A DNA stretch of 64,000 bases from a virus (lineage: Duplodnaviria > Caudoviricetes), in the IMG/VR virus record IMGVR_UViG_3300028805_000048; one strand, written 5' to 3'. Every line of letters starts with the position of its first letter. Within the stretch, counting starts at the first letter, position 1. Below are positions 31,367 to 43,031 of the stretch, piece after piece. The translations under genes were made by a program, and so were the position numbers. Under the pieces are notes generated by a model. The model saw only the letters and a program-made list of their open reading frames with translations, did no database searches and was not told the DNA's origin.

Positions 31367-32914
31367 TTACGCAACGTTGAAGTTCGTAATAACACCTTTG
31401 CACAAATAATCTGCTTTGTTAACAAATAAATCGTAGAAAGACAAAGCACCTTTGTGATTTCTCAAGTTCGGAGCTTGGAATGTAGGAGTGAAATATAATG
31501 ATACCCACTCAGCCAGAACTATCGCGGAATCACCAAGCTGGAATCCTTTGAAACCGAAGATTACGTGATCTTCCGGTAAAGTCTTGGTGTAAGGAACAGC
31601 AATAACAGCAATTGTACCTTCACGCAATGTACCAGCTAAGTACGGACCAATTGGTTTCTTAGATTCAGGGGCAGCTTTGAAGCCTTCGATTTGTTCGATA
31701 ACAGGCAAACCAACGCGAGCAGAACAAATAATGAATTCTACTGTACCACGACCAGCAACTTCTTGGATATAACCACGAGCGCTTGAAATAGTCGTTGTAT
31801 AAGAAGAATATCTTTGTTGTAATGTCAAGTTAGTACCGTTAGCAGCACAGTCAAATGTCAAATCCGGAACAAGAATTGAAGCAGCATCAACAGTCTGAAT
31901 CAATGTCAAGTCACGTTCCCAACGAATTGTACCAGCAATCTGATTAGAAATTAACTCATCTGTGTCAATAGCCAAGTGAGCATTCATAACCAAACCAGCA
32001 GCTACAGAATATGTAGACATCAAAGGATGTTCTTTAGCAGAAACTGGTTGATTCGGAATATCGAATTGAATCTTACGAATCAAATCAACGTCTGTTTCTG
32101 TATCGAAAGCAGCTTCGAAAGACAACATAGCACCAGCTGTGATAGCTTCAGCAAACATTTCAGCGTCAAACTTCAATTCAGCTTTACCAGTCTGAGCATC
32201 TAATGTACCAGATACACCACGACCAATTACGTTATACTTACCGTTGTTAACACCATTCATCTTAGCAGAACCGTTACCATAATCACGAGCAACTTCCTTA
32301 CCAGCTAAGCGAACAATGAATGAACCAGCACGAATCTTAACAGATGCATCATCTAATGCAGTAGAAGGTTCAGCTTCAACTTCAGCAGCGATCTTTACAG
32401 AAGCATAACCAACATATTCAGATGAATAAGTACCATCAGTCGGTTCTTCGAAAACGATATCACCAGCTTCAACACCAGCAGCAGATTGGCTGTAACGAGT
32501 TTTGATGGTGAAAATCTGACCAGTCTGACGGTCAAGTGCTTGAATATCCGCAATATAATTTGCTACCATCATAGGATAGAAGATATTGACGATATCAATA
32601 ACTTGAGGAGTTAAAGTAGCAACTCCAGGATTTAACAGAGATACGGCAGATGTGCTTGCGTCTTCGTTCAGTACGTCGCGGCCTGTTTGGGCTTGGATGT
32701 ATGCGGCTGTGTTCTCGAGGATTTGAGTCAAGGTAGCAGCTTGGTATTTAGCTTCCTTAGATTCGCTCTCGATTCCTTTTACCAAGTTCGGGCAGCGGGT
32801 ACCTAATGTGGATTCATGAAGAACTTGAGCAGCGTGTGCAATACCCTTGTTCATTTTAGCAGCTCTTGCTTTAGATGCAAGATTTGCGTCAGAGACTTTA
32901 TTTAATATAGACAT
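31367..32914 (-). CDS. Major capsid protein, T4 gp23-like (HK97 fold)
   Basis: Propeptide with QILEN and LNE cleavage-like site, P.MVA..I.D.Q.L....GQIF pattern, late-gene codon usage; SD gaagga favours ATG 32914 over 32926. Confidence 0.88.
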   Translation of the reverse strand: MSILNKVSDANLASKARAAKMNKGIAHAAQVLHESTLGTRCPNLVKGIESESKEAKYQAATLTQILENTAAYIQAQTGRDVLNEDASTSAVSLLNPGVATLTPQVIDIVNIFYPMMVANYIADIQALDRQTGQIFTIKTRYSQSAAGVEAGDIVFEEPTDGTYSSEYVGYASVKIAAEVEAEPSTALDDASVKIRAGSFIVRLAGKEVARDYGNGSAKMNGVNNGKYNVIGRGVSGTLDAQTGKAELKFDAEMFAEAITAGAMLSFEAAFDTETDVDLIRKIQFDIPNQPVSAKEHPLMSTYSVAAGLVMNAHLAIDTDELISNQIAGTIRWERDLTLIQTVDAASILVPDLTFDCAANGTNLTLQQRYSSYTTTISSARGYIQEVAGRGTVEFIICSARVGLPVIEQIEGFKAAPESKKPIGPYLAGTLREGTIAVIAVPYTKTLPEDHVIFGFKGFQLGDSAIVLAEWVSLYFTPTFQAPNLRNHKGALSFYDLFVNKADYLCKGVITNFNVA

Positions 32915-33184
32915 AGTAGTTATCATTCCTTCTATATGTTTTAATTTTGTTTCTTAATGTCTTCCATGTATTTAATCTACATATTGGAAGGGGGTTCTTT
33001 ATATTTACTTTATTTAGAGACGTGTTTGTTTGCCGTCTGTTATGTGGTAGAATGTTTCTATACGCATGTGTATATGACCTGTCTTATATATACTTTATTC
33101 TACTATTAATCACTATGTCCAGAATAGATTGTTCTTTTTTTAGTCTTAATTTAAAGACGTATTTTTTTATTTTATGTATTTTAT

Positions 33185-33191
33185 TAGAACT
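33185..33191 (-). promoter_or_regulatory. Putative late promoter AGTTCTA (MCP)
   Basis: One of 13 intergenic copies upstream of virion/late genes. Confidence 0.65.
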
Positions 33192-33403
33192 GTTTGTTTT
33201 ATATAGGTTATAGTTTATTTTTAGTATTCTATAAAAAAGTTTAATTTAATGACGTGTTGAGAAATCTTAATTGCTAAAAAAGATATTTTGTTCTTTACTC
33301 ATCGATTGTATTTATTTAATTTATGATTTAAAACATATTCAATTTTTTTATAATAAGTTCTAAAAATAGAAGTTAACTTTATTTTTTTAGGATTGAAATA
33401 AAA

Positions 33404-33745
33404 ATGAATGAATATATTAAGTCTTTTAAAGAAGCTGTAGAAAAATTAGAAGAAGATTATGATTTGTCTTATGGAAGATATTTAGGATCTTTAGTGAGAA
33501 ACAATGATGATTATCAATTTTATAAATATCCAAATGATTATATTGAAATAGTTCACGCTGATTATAATAAAGATAAACATAATATATATCCAAAAAATTT
33601 AAATACTAAAGGAAAAGCAATCGAAATGATATTTAGATTACTTGGAAATGGATATAGCTATTCAAATGATGCAGGTGCATTAGGTTACGATGACCAAGGT
33701 AGAGCTGAATGGTATGAACATAATCATCCAATAGAAAATAAGTAA
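33404..33745 (+). CDS. Late protein with leader family A (putative internal head protein)
   Basis: MNEYIKSFKEAVEKLEE; AGTTCTA at 33356. Confidence 0.7.
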   Translation: MNEYIKSFKEAVEKLEEDYDLSYGRYLGSLVRNNDDYQFYKYPNDYIEIVHADYNKDKHNIYPKNLNTKGKAIEMIFRLLGNGYSYSNDAGALGYDDQGRAEWYEHNHPIENK

Positions 33746-33774
33746 AAAAATTACGATATTAAGATTTTTCATTA

Positions 33775-33809
33775 AAAAAGCTCCTTTCTTTAATTAGATT
33801 GGAGCTTTT
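33775..33809. terminator. Bidirectional terminator, paralog of 40303-40340
   Basis: aaaagctcc...ggagctttt between convergent genes. Confidence 0.7.
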
Positions 33810-33848
33810 GTTTTAACACTTTTAAAAGTTTATTTATATTATATATTG

Positions 33849-34637
33849 TTAATTGATTCTTAATATTATTTCGTGCCACTGATCAAATCTAAAATTACAT
33901 TTAGGTCGATATTTTTCATATTGTTTAATGAAAGATAACATATATTCGTCATTAACTTTTGCTGGATTATATCCAATTTCAATATCATAATTCCATTCAT
34001 CTCTCACTGCTGTCACTACTACTAAATCTTGTTTAATTAATTTTTCTAATTTTTGTACTATGTTATCTCTGACACTATACGCTTTGTATTTAGAATTATG
34101 TAATCCTCTTCCCATATATTCATCTGTTTTTTCGGTATCTAATATTTCTATTTTAGCATTAGGAAGATATGTTTTAATAGTATTAGTTATTTGTTCAAAA
34201 TCATCGTTTTCACAAAATTTTTTATTTATCATAAATCCAACGATATAATTTTTTATATTATATATAACATGAGGATTATCATCTGAAGTCATTTGTTCAT
34301 ACGCTTCATTATCTTCATCTTTTTTACCTGTCAAATATAAAGGCTTTCTTCCTTTTCCTACAACATTTACTTCATGATAAGCACCTTGTAATCTTGTAAC
34401 TTTATAATTTTCAGATAATTTATCTCCATCTACTACTAATTGTACAGGATAGTTAGCAAAAAATTCCATTTTATTTGAACTAAAAGCTATACCTCTATCT
34501 TGATATGCTATCATTTTATTTGATTTTAGTATTTTTTCTAACGCATATACAGTTGTACAATGATAAAGTAAACCAACTTGTTTGGCTTCATCTAATTTTT
34601 TTACATCTTTTCTAAATTTTTCAATATATTTATTCAT
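33849..34637 (-). CDS. Putative packaged ADP-ribosyltransferase-like protein (leader A)
   Basis: MNKYIEKFRKDVKKLDE|AKQVGLLYHCT...GIAFSS...HEVNV. Confidence 0.5.
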   Translation of the reverse strand: MNKYIEKFRKDVKKLDEAKQVGLLYHCTTVYALEKILKSNKMIAYQDRGIAFSSNKMEFFANYPVQLVVDGDKLSENYKVTRLQGAYHEVNVVGKGRKPLYLTGKKDEDNEAYEQMTSDDNPHVIYNIKNYIVGFMINKKFCENDDFEQITNTIKTYLPNAKIEILDTEKTDEYMGRGLHNSKYKAYSVRDNIVQKLEKLIKQDLVVVTAVRDEWNYDIEIGYNPAKVNDEYMLSFIKQYEKYRPKCNFRFDQWHEIILRIN

Positions 34638-34643
34638 CGTTTT

Positions 34644-35291
34644 TTAACCTTTATATCCATTGGCAAACATAGCTTTTCTTTGAGCATCTGCTTCTTTCTT
34701 AGTCTTGAAGGTACCGTGTGTACCTTCTTTTCCTTTATTAGTCCAAGAATTACCTTGTTTAACTGTATCTTCTTCTAAATCCCAATCTTGATGATTTAAT
34801 AATTTATTTATTTTATCTTTACTAAATATTTTTAAGCATTGTTTATTATTTAACATAATATTTTTTGTTAAATTGATATCTTTTATATAATAATTATTCT
34901 TATATTGTGTATATCCGGCTTCTAAATTTTTATCATTTAAATATATAAAATCTGCTACATATATATTGTTAGGAATATTTATGATATTTTTTAGAGCGTC
35001 TAACATATCTGTATGTATTCCAAAATGTGCATCCCATACATATATATCGTTATTAATAGCTAAACCACGTAATTCTTTATCGATTGATTTGTTTAACAAA
35101 ATATCTATTTCAGTTTTAGTAGGATTTTTATATACTTGTATATATTTCATATAATTCATACTTGAATCATGATTAATATTATCTAAATCTATTTTAACTA
35201 CTTTAGCTTCTTTTATTAGCTGATAATCTTTTTCAGCATCTTCATCGAGTTTTGCTATAGATTCTCTAAGTCTCTGTATGTATTTATTCAT
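34644..35291 (-). CDS. Putative internal head protein (leader A), paralog of 36192
   Basis: MNKYIQRLRESIAKLDE; LRG...YVWDAxxGxH; second DLEE site before a C-terminal basic module. Confidence 0.65.
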   Translation of the reverse strand: MNKYIQRLRESIAKLDEDAEKDYQLIKEAKVVKIDLDNINHDSSMNYMKYIQVYKNPTKTEIDILLNKSIDKELRGLAINNDIYVWDAHFGIHTDMLDALKNIINIPNNIYVADFIYLNDKNLEAGYTQYKNNYYIKDINLTKNIMLNNKQCLKIFSKDKINKLLNHQDWDLEEDTVKQGNSWTNKGKEGTHGTFKTKKEADAQRKAMFANGYKG

Positions 35292-35315
35292 TGTTAAATT
35301 CCTTAATTTTTTTTG

Positions 35316-36191
35316 CTATAATCTACGAGATGGATAATTAATAGTTTTAATTTCTGGTAATTCATTTATTTGATTGTTTTTTAATAAAGCTTTATGTCCT
35401 TTTTCATCTCGCAAATATACCGGTAAATTAGGATACATACCTTTAAACATTTTTATATTTCCATTTATTTCTTTAACAATATCATTTAATTTATTTTTAT
35501 CATAATGTGTCTCAACTTCTGATGGATATCTGATTATTAAACCAATTAAATATTTATTCAAATTATTTATAGACAATGGTTCAACTAAATCGTTAGAATA
35601 TTCATCATTCCATATAAAAATCTTATCAACTAAATTTTTAAATTTATTAAATTCAGCCAAATGATCTAAACTTGATGAATCGAAATGCTTTTTAAAAAAT
35701 TGTTTACGAGCTTTATCCATTTCATTACTCATATTTTCATAAGGAATTTTTAGTTCACCTGTTTCATTATCTGTATAACTATATGTTTGTTGTGAATTTA
35801 TATATTCATATAGTTCTTCTTTGGATATTTTAAATTTTTCTAATATTTTTTTTAATTCTTTTTCAAAAGTACGCTTTTCTTGATGAGGCGGTATAACTTT
35901 AAATTCACCAGCACTTTGTCTAGATTGATATATTTTATAATTATCTGATAGTTTATCACCATCAAATATTAATGTATAATAACTAAAACGATGCCAACCG
36001 CGATCGTTAAACCAACCCTCATTCTTATCAAAAGATATACCACTGCTAGTTTTAGCCTTTAATGAATCATTTTTAAGTATTTCTACTAAGTTTGGGGTAT
36101 TATGATATAATAATCCAACTTGTTTGGCCTCATCTAAAATAATATTGTTTTCTTGCAATATATTTTCTACGATTTTTTCCCATTGTGACAT
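35316..36191 (-). CDS. Putative packaged ADP-ribosyltransferase-like protein (leader B)
   Basis: MSQWEKIVENILQENNIILDE|AKQVGLLYHNT...GISF...DGDKLSDNYK...GEF. Confidence 0.5.
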   Translation of the reverse strand: MSQWEKIVENILQENNIILDEAKQVGLLYHNTPNLVEILKNDSLKAKTSSGISFDKNEGWFNDRGWHRFSYYTLIFDGDKLSDNYKIYQSRQSAGEFKVIPPHQEKRTFEKELKKILEKFKISKEELYEYINSQQTYSYTDNETGELKIPYENMSNEMDKARKQFFKKHFDSSSLDHLAEFNKFKNLVDKIFIWNDEYSNDLVEPLSINNLNKYLIGLIIRYPSEVETHYDKNKLNDIVKEINGNIKMFKGMYPNLPVYLRDEKGHKALLKNNQINELPEIKTINYPSRRL

Positions 36192-36746
36192 TTATCTATC
36201 GCCTGTTATTATTTTACCATTTAAACGTAAATCCCAATTGTCATTATTAAATGTATCTGAATCTAATATCCATTTATATAATTGTTTTGCTTCTTCCTCA
36301 GAATTCAGTGTTATTTTACCATTTTTAGATATTTCAGTAAAAGCTTTTTCGACAGTATTTGCTATTTTAAATTCTTCAGGTCTATCGACAAACAATTGTG
36401 TAAATTTTGGATCATCTGAATATCCTTCAAGTTCTAAAGTATTTTCAAAATCTTCCCATTGTACGAACATTAATATATTTATACCAGCTTCATATAAATA
36501 CTTACCTATTTGATAATGAGTTCCATAATCAGCATCCCAAACATAGGTATTACCATCATCACCGTAAATACCACGAACAGAATTATATTTAGTATTTTTC
36601 TTAAAATTTTTATAATCATTATAATTAAGATTTTTTAATATACGTATTAATTCATTATTTTTACCATATACCTTTATAATACTTTCTATTAAAGTAATAT
36701 CATTTTCTTTCAATATATTTTCTACTATTCTTTCCCATTCAGACAT
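36192..36746 (-). CDS. Putative internal head protein (leader B)
   Basis: MSEWERIVENILKENDITLIE; VRG...YVWDADYGTH; AGTTCTA at 36780. Confidence 0.65.
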   Translation of the reverse strand: MSEWERIVENILKENDITLIESIIKVYGKNNELIRILKNLNYNDYKNFKKNTKYNSVRGIYGDDGNTYVWDADYGTHYQIGKYLYEAGINILMFVQWEDFENTLELEGYSDDPKFTQLFVDRPEEFKIANTVEKAFTEISKNGKITLNSEEEAKQLYKWILDSDTFNNDNWDLRLNGKIITGDR

Positions 36747-36933
36747 GTTTTCTTTATTTCCTTAAATAATGATATGATATAGAACTTTATAATTAACAAA
36801 TTAATTTAATATATAAACATATTTTAATGGCTTTACTTTATGATTCATATAGTTTATTATATAATTATATTAATTAATGAAAAGATTTTATAATGCAATT
36901 AAGTTATTTAAGAAAAAGAGGGATTGACGAATA

Positions 36934-39900
36934 ATGAAAATTCAACACGAAAAAGCAAACGGATTTTGTCTTGCTATATTAAAAGAATGCACATTATTAG
37001 ATGAACTTGGTAAAGTAAGATATGATTGTAAAAAGCCAGGCATAATATTTTATACAGCAACTTCTGGTTATAGTAATAATACTCTTTATAGACATATAAA
37101 ATTTGGACTTGGAGGTAAGAATGTTTTAGATTATTTTGATATAAAACTCTATAAAACATCTATACATGTTAATCTCAAAAAAGAATATATAAATCATATA
37201 GATGATCTAGAAATATTATTAGAATTACAGAATTTTTGGAGTTGATAATATGATTTCATGGAATGTATCAGAAGATTTACAATGGAAGCATGAGCTAGCT
37301 AATCATTTTTGTTTAAGATTTTTAAGTAAATTTATTAATTGGGCATCCTTCGATGATGTTAAATATAATAACCTTGTTCCTGGGGTTATAATCATATGTG
37401 ATAATACTGGATTCAATTATATAGATGTAGTTAATAATACTCTAAAACATTATAACATTAATTCTTATTTTAATGTGAAAGAATATAAGTATTCAATACA
37501 AATTAATCTTAAAAAAGAATATATCAATAAAATAGATGAATTAAAAACTTTACTTAAAATTAGAAATATATTATAATGGCTTTACTTTATCATTTGTATA
37601 GCTTATAATATAATTATAGTTTAAATGAGGAATATATGATATTACGAAATTTTGATATACACGTTAAAAATTTATTAAAAAGTGAATTTCCTAAATGTGA
37701 ATTCGTTGTACACATTTATACACATAAAGATTCTGGATTTGTAACTAGAGGTTATCATATAGTAACTAAAAATACTAATATCTATGAAATTAGAAATTTT
37801 GCAAGAAAATATCCATATTTCGATGGTGTAGTAGGAAATCCATTTCTAAATTATTCTCAACATGATCTCGAAGAATCAATTGTTGTACCTGATTATATTA
37901 TGCTTAAAAAAGAATATAACAATCATGAAAGTATATGTAATTTAGTTACTTTATGGAAGATGAAAGGACTTTTGTAATGTTTGCTCAAATTAACGATTTA
38001 GATTATATAAAGTATTTAGATGGTGTACGTAAAGAATTTAAATTAACATCATCTAATTATATACTTGATATTGAAGAATGGGAAAATAAAGAATTCACAT
38101 TATATGTTTGGGATAGAAAAGGAAATGATAGTAGATATGCTAAAAGTATAATTCAAAAGACTGGAAGTAAACTTGTTGAAAAATTAGAATTTCTTAAAGA
38201 TAGACAATGTGATGCTCATTGGGTAATTCCGAAAGATTTATATAATTATTTTCTTAATAAAGGTGAAATTACAAAAGCTGGTTTAAGAAGTCTTATAGAA
38301 AGGTATTTAGAATCAGAAATTAGAGAAAATCTTAATTTAAAATCATTTGCAACATATGATATGATATGGATAGATGAAATGTTTTATTATAAAAACTATA
38401 ATGAATTTAAAAATGATTATCTTTGTATGAATCTTCAATACACAAGTGAGAATAAAATTAAACGGATAATAGATTTTTTAAAAACTAATTACAATATAGA
38501 ATACATAAAAACTGAAAAAGAAAAATCTTGGTTTAAAATAAACGATATTGATATGGTTTATACATTAATTAAATTAAAAAATGGATAAGGAATAAATAAT
38601 GTTTTCTGAAAAAGTATCAGAAGAAATATGTTTTAAGCATGAACAAGCAAATCATTTTTGTCTCGCTGTTTTAGAACAAGTACATTTAACACCATATATT
38701 TTGAATAATATAATTAATATTGATTACAATAATAATATTCCTGGTCTTATTATCGTTTTTAAAGAAGAAATAATAGATTTTATATATTATGAAATAAGAA
38801 AATTATACAGAGATAAAAATTTGATTAATTATTTTAATTGGAAAAGATTTAATAAATCGATACACATTGATTTGAAAAAAGAATACATAAATAAACTAGA
38901 AGAATTAGAGACACTTTTTAAAATGCAAAATATATTTTAATGGAGATAATATAAATGACATTTAAATATTTTAATCAAATGATTGAATTGCTGTATTTAA
39001 TCGTGGAAATAAATTTTAATAATAAAAATGGATTTATAACAAAATTAGGATTTTTATATACATATACAGAATATATTCGTGATAGAAAACATAATGGTGC
39101 GTGTGAAAATTGTAAACAACTATATAACAAATTTAATGAATATTTAAAAAATAAAGGATTTGATAAATACATTCGTGTTAGATATCCTTATATGAATTCA
39201 GAAAGAAAAATTGCAATAGATTTCAATGAAAAAATAGATATGAATGCTGAATTAGAATTTATAACACTTTGTAAACTATATAATATATGAAAGGAATATA
39301 TAATGCTTATAGTTGATAATACGAAAAAATTAAAAGACATCATAGAATTTAAAGACGGTACTTATTACAAGTTTGTATGTCTTTTAAGAACTAAAGATTA
39401 TAAAGATTCTGATGAAGAACCAATGCTTAAGTGCATGGAGAAGCAAGAAATTCTTGTTAAAGACTGGTTGATCGATAGTCAAGAAATGTTAGATAAAACT
39501 TTACCTGACATGCTTAAATTTACAGAAACATTTAAATGCAGACTGTATATGTGTACAGATAGAAAATCTGTTGTGAAGACTTTAAAGACTATGCGAGATA
39601 TAGTACAGAATTATCTTGATCCTTTTATTGGTAATTCTAATGTGAATTGTTCTGTGAGAGCAATTAAGAAAATTTGTTCTTCTGCCACAAATAAAAGTGA
39701 ATCATCTGATAGAGAAGGAAGAAAATGGTTATTTGATGTTGATTCAAAAGCAAATATTAATATATTAAATGATTTAGATAAAGTCTTGAAAGATAAACTT
39801 TTAGCTAAATTAGAAACAAAGAATGGTTATCATTATATCACGAAGAAAGATTTTGATGCTTATAAAGTTTTAGAAGATTTGTGTTATATTTATAATCGTG

Positions 39901-40303
39901 TTGGAGAAGATTTTCCTGTTGAATTAAAAGATAATGCTATGACTTTGATAGCAATGGGATAAAGACAATGGTGTATGATATGAGAGATGCTTTAAAATGC
40001 AATGACAAGATGTACTTAGTTTTAAACGATCTTTTAAAACAAGTTAATCGTTATTCGAATGATGGAAATACATATGATAATGTTATTCACTATCAATATC
40101 TTACATATTCACATTTACAAATATATAGTGAAATAGTAAGACAATGGTTTAATAAATATGAATTTTTAAAAGAATATTTTGAATTAGAAATTACTCCTTC
40201 TATTTATGATTTAAAAATATACATGAAGGAAGAATATTTTAACGAAGAAACGTTGGATAATATCATAACTGTCATGAGGATAAAAGGAATGATTGAAGAA
40301 TAA
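36934..40303 (+). other. Cluster of C-terminal-helix family genes (36934, 37250, 37636, 37977, 38599, 38955, 39968)
   Basis: All end in an (L/I)xTLxK(M/L/I)x(G/N)-like motif; 36934/37250/38599 are full-length paralogs (HExANxFCL...LKKEYIN). Confidence 0.7.
39303..39962 (+). CDS. AEP (primase-polymerase) superfamily-like protein
   Basis: WLFDVD (DxD) and ETKNGYH motifs. Confidence 0.45.
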   Translation: MLIVDNTKKLKDIIEFKDGTYYKFVCLLRTKDYKDSDEEPMLKCMEKQEILVKDWLIDSQEMLDKTLPDMLKFTETFKCRLYMCTDRKSVVKTLKTMRDIVQNYLDPFIGNSNVNCSVRAIKKICSSATNKSESSDREGRKWLFDVDSKANINILNDLDKVLKDKLLAKLETKNGYHYITKKDFDAYKVLEDLCYIYNRVGEDFPVELKDNAMTLIAMG

Positions 40304-40340
40304 AAAAACTCCAATCTAATTAAAGAAAGGAGCTAGTTTT
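40303..40340. terminator. Terminator, reverse-complement paralog of 33775-33809
   Basis: ctccaatctaattaaagaaaggag. Confidence 0.65.
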
Positions 40341-40364
40341 TATTTTTACAAATTTAAATATTAA

Positions 40365-41111
40365 TTATTTATTTAGATAATCATAATCAGCATTTTGGAA
40401 ATCATATTCTGGTTCAATATGATTATAATGTGATGTACTCACAAACTCATTTCTATCTAAATTTTTATTTCTTTCGCCAGACAAATACATATCAGCATCA
40501 TATAATAAATCTTTTACTTTTTTTAATTTTTTATTATCTTCATATTCACGATATAAGTCATATGCAATCACATAAACATCTTGAACCTTTCTCATAAGAT
40601 TCCAAAATCTATCATCGTGTTTCATTTGATCGTTATCCATATCATAATCTATAGCTTGTAATAAACCAGGATTACCATCATCCTCTTCTAATTTTTCTAC
40701 AGCTTCTCTAAAAGACTTAATATATTTGTTAGAAAATTTATCTTTATTATTGACACTTTCATATAAAGAATTAATCCAATAATTATAATATTCTGGTGTA
40801 AATTCTCCACCATCATTGCTAAGATCGAGATATTTTTTTATATCATTAATATCATAACCTGTTTTAACTACAAGTTTCGTACGAAGTAAGTATCTAGAAT
40901 ATTCATCTAAAGTTTTATAAAATTTTAAAAAAGCACGTAAATCACGGGTAGCAGAATAACCATCGCTATTATCGTAACCTAACTGATCAAGTCGACTTTG
41001 TTCACCTTCTATTTCACCCTTATCATTTTTAATAGGATGTAATTCGAAGATATTCTCTATTTTATGTATCGCTTTATTTATGTAACTTGTATCCAATTTC
41101 TTTTTTTCCAT
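40365..41111 (-). CDS. Late protein with an internal copy of leader A
   Basis: Internal NKYIKSFREAVEKLEE; AGTTCTA at 41158. Confidence 0.65.
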   Translation of the reverse strand: MEKKKLDTSYINKAIHKIENIFELHPIKNDKGEIEGEQSRLDQLGYDNSDGYSATRDLRAFLKFYKTLDEYSRYLLRTKLVVKTGYDINDIKKYLDLSNDGGEFTPEYYNYWINSLYESVNNKDKFSNKYIKSFREAVEKLEEDDGNPGLLQAIDYDMDNDQMKHDDRFWNLMRKVQDVYVIAYDLYREYEDNKKLKKVKDLLYDADMYLSGERNKNLDRNEFVSTSHYNHIEPEYDFQNADYDYLNK

Positions 41112-42280
41112 AATTTCTCTATTCCTTATAGACGTATAAAATATTAACTTTGATAATTAGAACTTACATAAAAGCTTTACTTTTTTGTTTTAATACTATA
41201 TATTTAATAAATATAAAGGAGTATTTATGAAAGGATACGATTGTGATTTATAAAGGAATTAGTATAGTTGATTTACTTTTTTATTTATTATATGATTTAT
41301 TTGAAATATATAAATATAAACATTTTTTATATATTGCTTGTGAAAATAAATCAATAAGTTTATGTGCAGATAAATATTTTAAGCAATTTAAAACAAATAT
41401 GAAAGATTTTAAAAACAATTTAATCGAATGTATTAATAAAAATGAATATGATAAATTGTTAATAATAAACTTTAACAATTTTGATGAAACACATGAGATT
41501 GTTTATGGAGATACATTATGTAATATATCATTAAATTTAGAGAATGAAAATAAAATTGATCAATTAATTACTTTATATAAAATAAAGGAATATTTATAAT
41601 ATGTTTGAATTTATATTAAACGGAATGTTTAAAGATTTTTCTTTAATAAAAGAAGGTATTGTTTCTATATATAATTCACCAAACGAAATTCGCATGATCG
41701 CACAAGAATGGATTAGTAGATATTATATTGAATATGAAGTAAATAATTATTTAGAAGAAAAAGGTTTTGAAAATTATATACATATGATATATCTTATTAA
41801 TACAGATTCTCATACTATATATAAATCTGGAGAAGTGATAGCTGAAATTAGATTGAGTCATGAAGGAATAAGTAAATGTCAAGAATTAGAAACCTTATTT
41901 AAGATGGAAGGACTTTGCTATGTATGATGGTAGAGAAATACGTTATAGCGATTTGCTTTTATGTATGTTAAAGGATTTTAAACCAAATGGAAATAATCAC
42001 TTTATATTTCTTAATACTTATGATGAATTAATAAGTATATGTGCAGATGCTTATTTTGATGATAAATATATTAAAATGACTATGAAAGTGTTTAAAAACG
42101 AATTAATGAAATATCTTCATCAAAATGGATATATGGAAGTATTAATAATACATTTTAACTTCGCTGATGAAAATCATAAAATTTTTGCAGCTGATATGCT
42201 TTGTGATATATCATTCAACGAAGAAAAGGAAGATGAAATTAATCAAATCGTTACTGTTTTGAGAATGAAAGGATTAATTA

Positions 42281-42514
42281 ATGCTTAAATTAAATTATAA
42301 TCAAAAAGTATCACTTAAATATCTTAGAAGATTAGTTAAACCATGTAAATGCTGTGGAAATACTAATCCTCGTTTTGATAATCTTAGAGGATGGACAAAT
42401 GTAACAATTGTTTGTAATAAATGTTGGAAACAAAAAGCCGTTAGATCAACTGTTGAAGAAGCAATAGAAGCTTGGAATAAATTAAATAGAGAAGATCAAT
42501 CATGTCATATGTAA
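42281..42514 (+). CDS. Lar-like zinc-ribbon protein
   Basis: KPCxxCG...CxxC...EEAIEAWN. Confidence 0.65.
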   Translation: MLKLNYNQKVSLKYLRRLVKPCKCCGNTNPRFDNLRGWTNVTIVCNKCWKQKAVRSTVEEAIEAWNKLNREDQSCHM

Positions 42515-43031
42515 ACGAATTGATAGAAAATAAAGATTATCAAGAGATAACAAAAGCTTTAAATATTTTACGTGACATTATTCAATTAAAAGGGTTAGAA
42601 ATTACGGATAGAGCAATTTCTATTTCTCAGTCATTTGAAGATTGTAATATAGAATTTTCTGTTTATGCTAAGAGTAGTTCTGATAATGTCAAAAGTGGTT
42701 TTACTGTTGTTGGTAGTTATGATTATTGCTTATCAAATAAATTATACAGACATATAAAAAAGTGTTTAAAAGAAACTGGATTAAACAAGTATTTAAGAAT
42801 TCATCCTAAAAGTTTTAGTTCAACAGCATCTTTAGAATGTATATTTTTTTATGTTTTAGAAATAAAAAGAACGTTAACGAAAACACAATTTTATGAATTA
42901 ATGACATATGGAAATCTTTATAAATAATAGAAAAATGGCTTTACTTAATCAAAGTAAAGCCATTATAATATAGATATAATTAAAATAAAAATATTATTGT
43001 ATTATTTCAACGTTAAAGAAAGGAAAATATC

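Noticed and set aside
32947-33213. 88-aa hydrophobic + strand ORF
   Set aside because: TTG start, no SD, antisense to the A-rich MCP leader; its hydrophobicity comes from T-richness.
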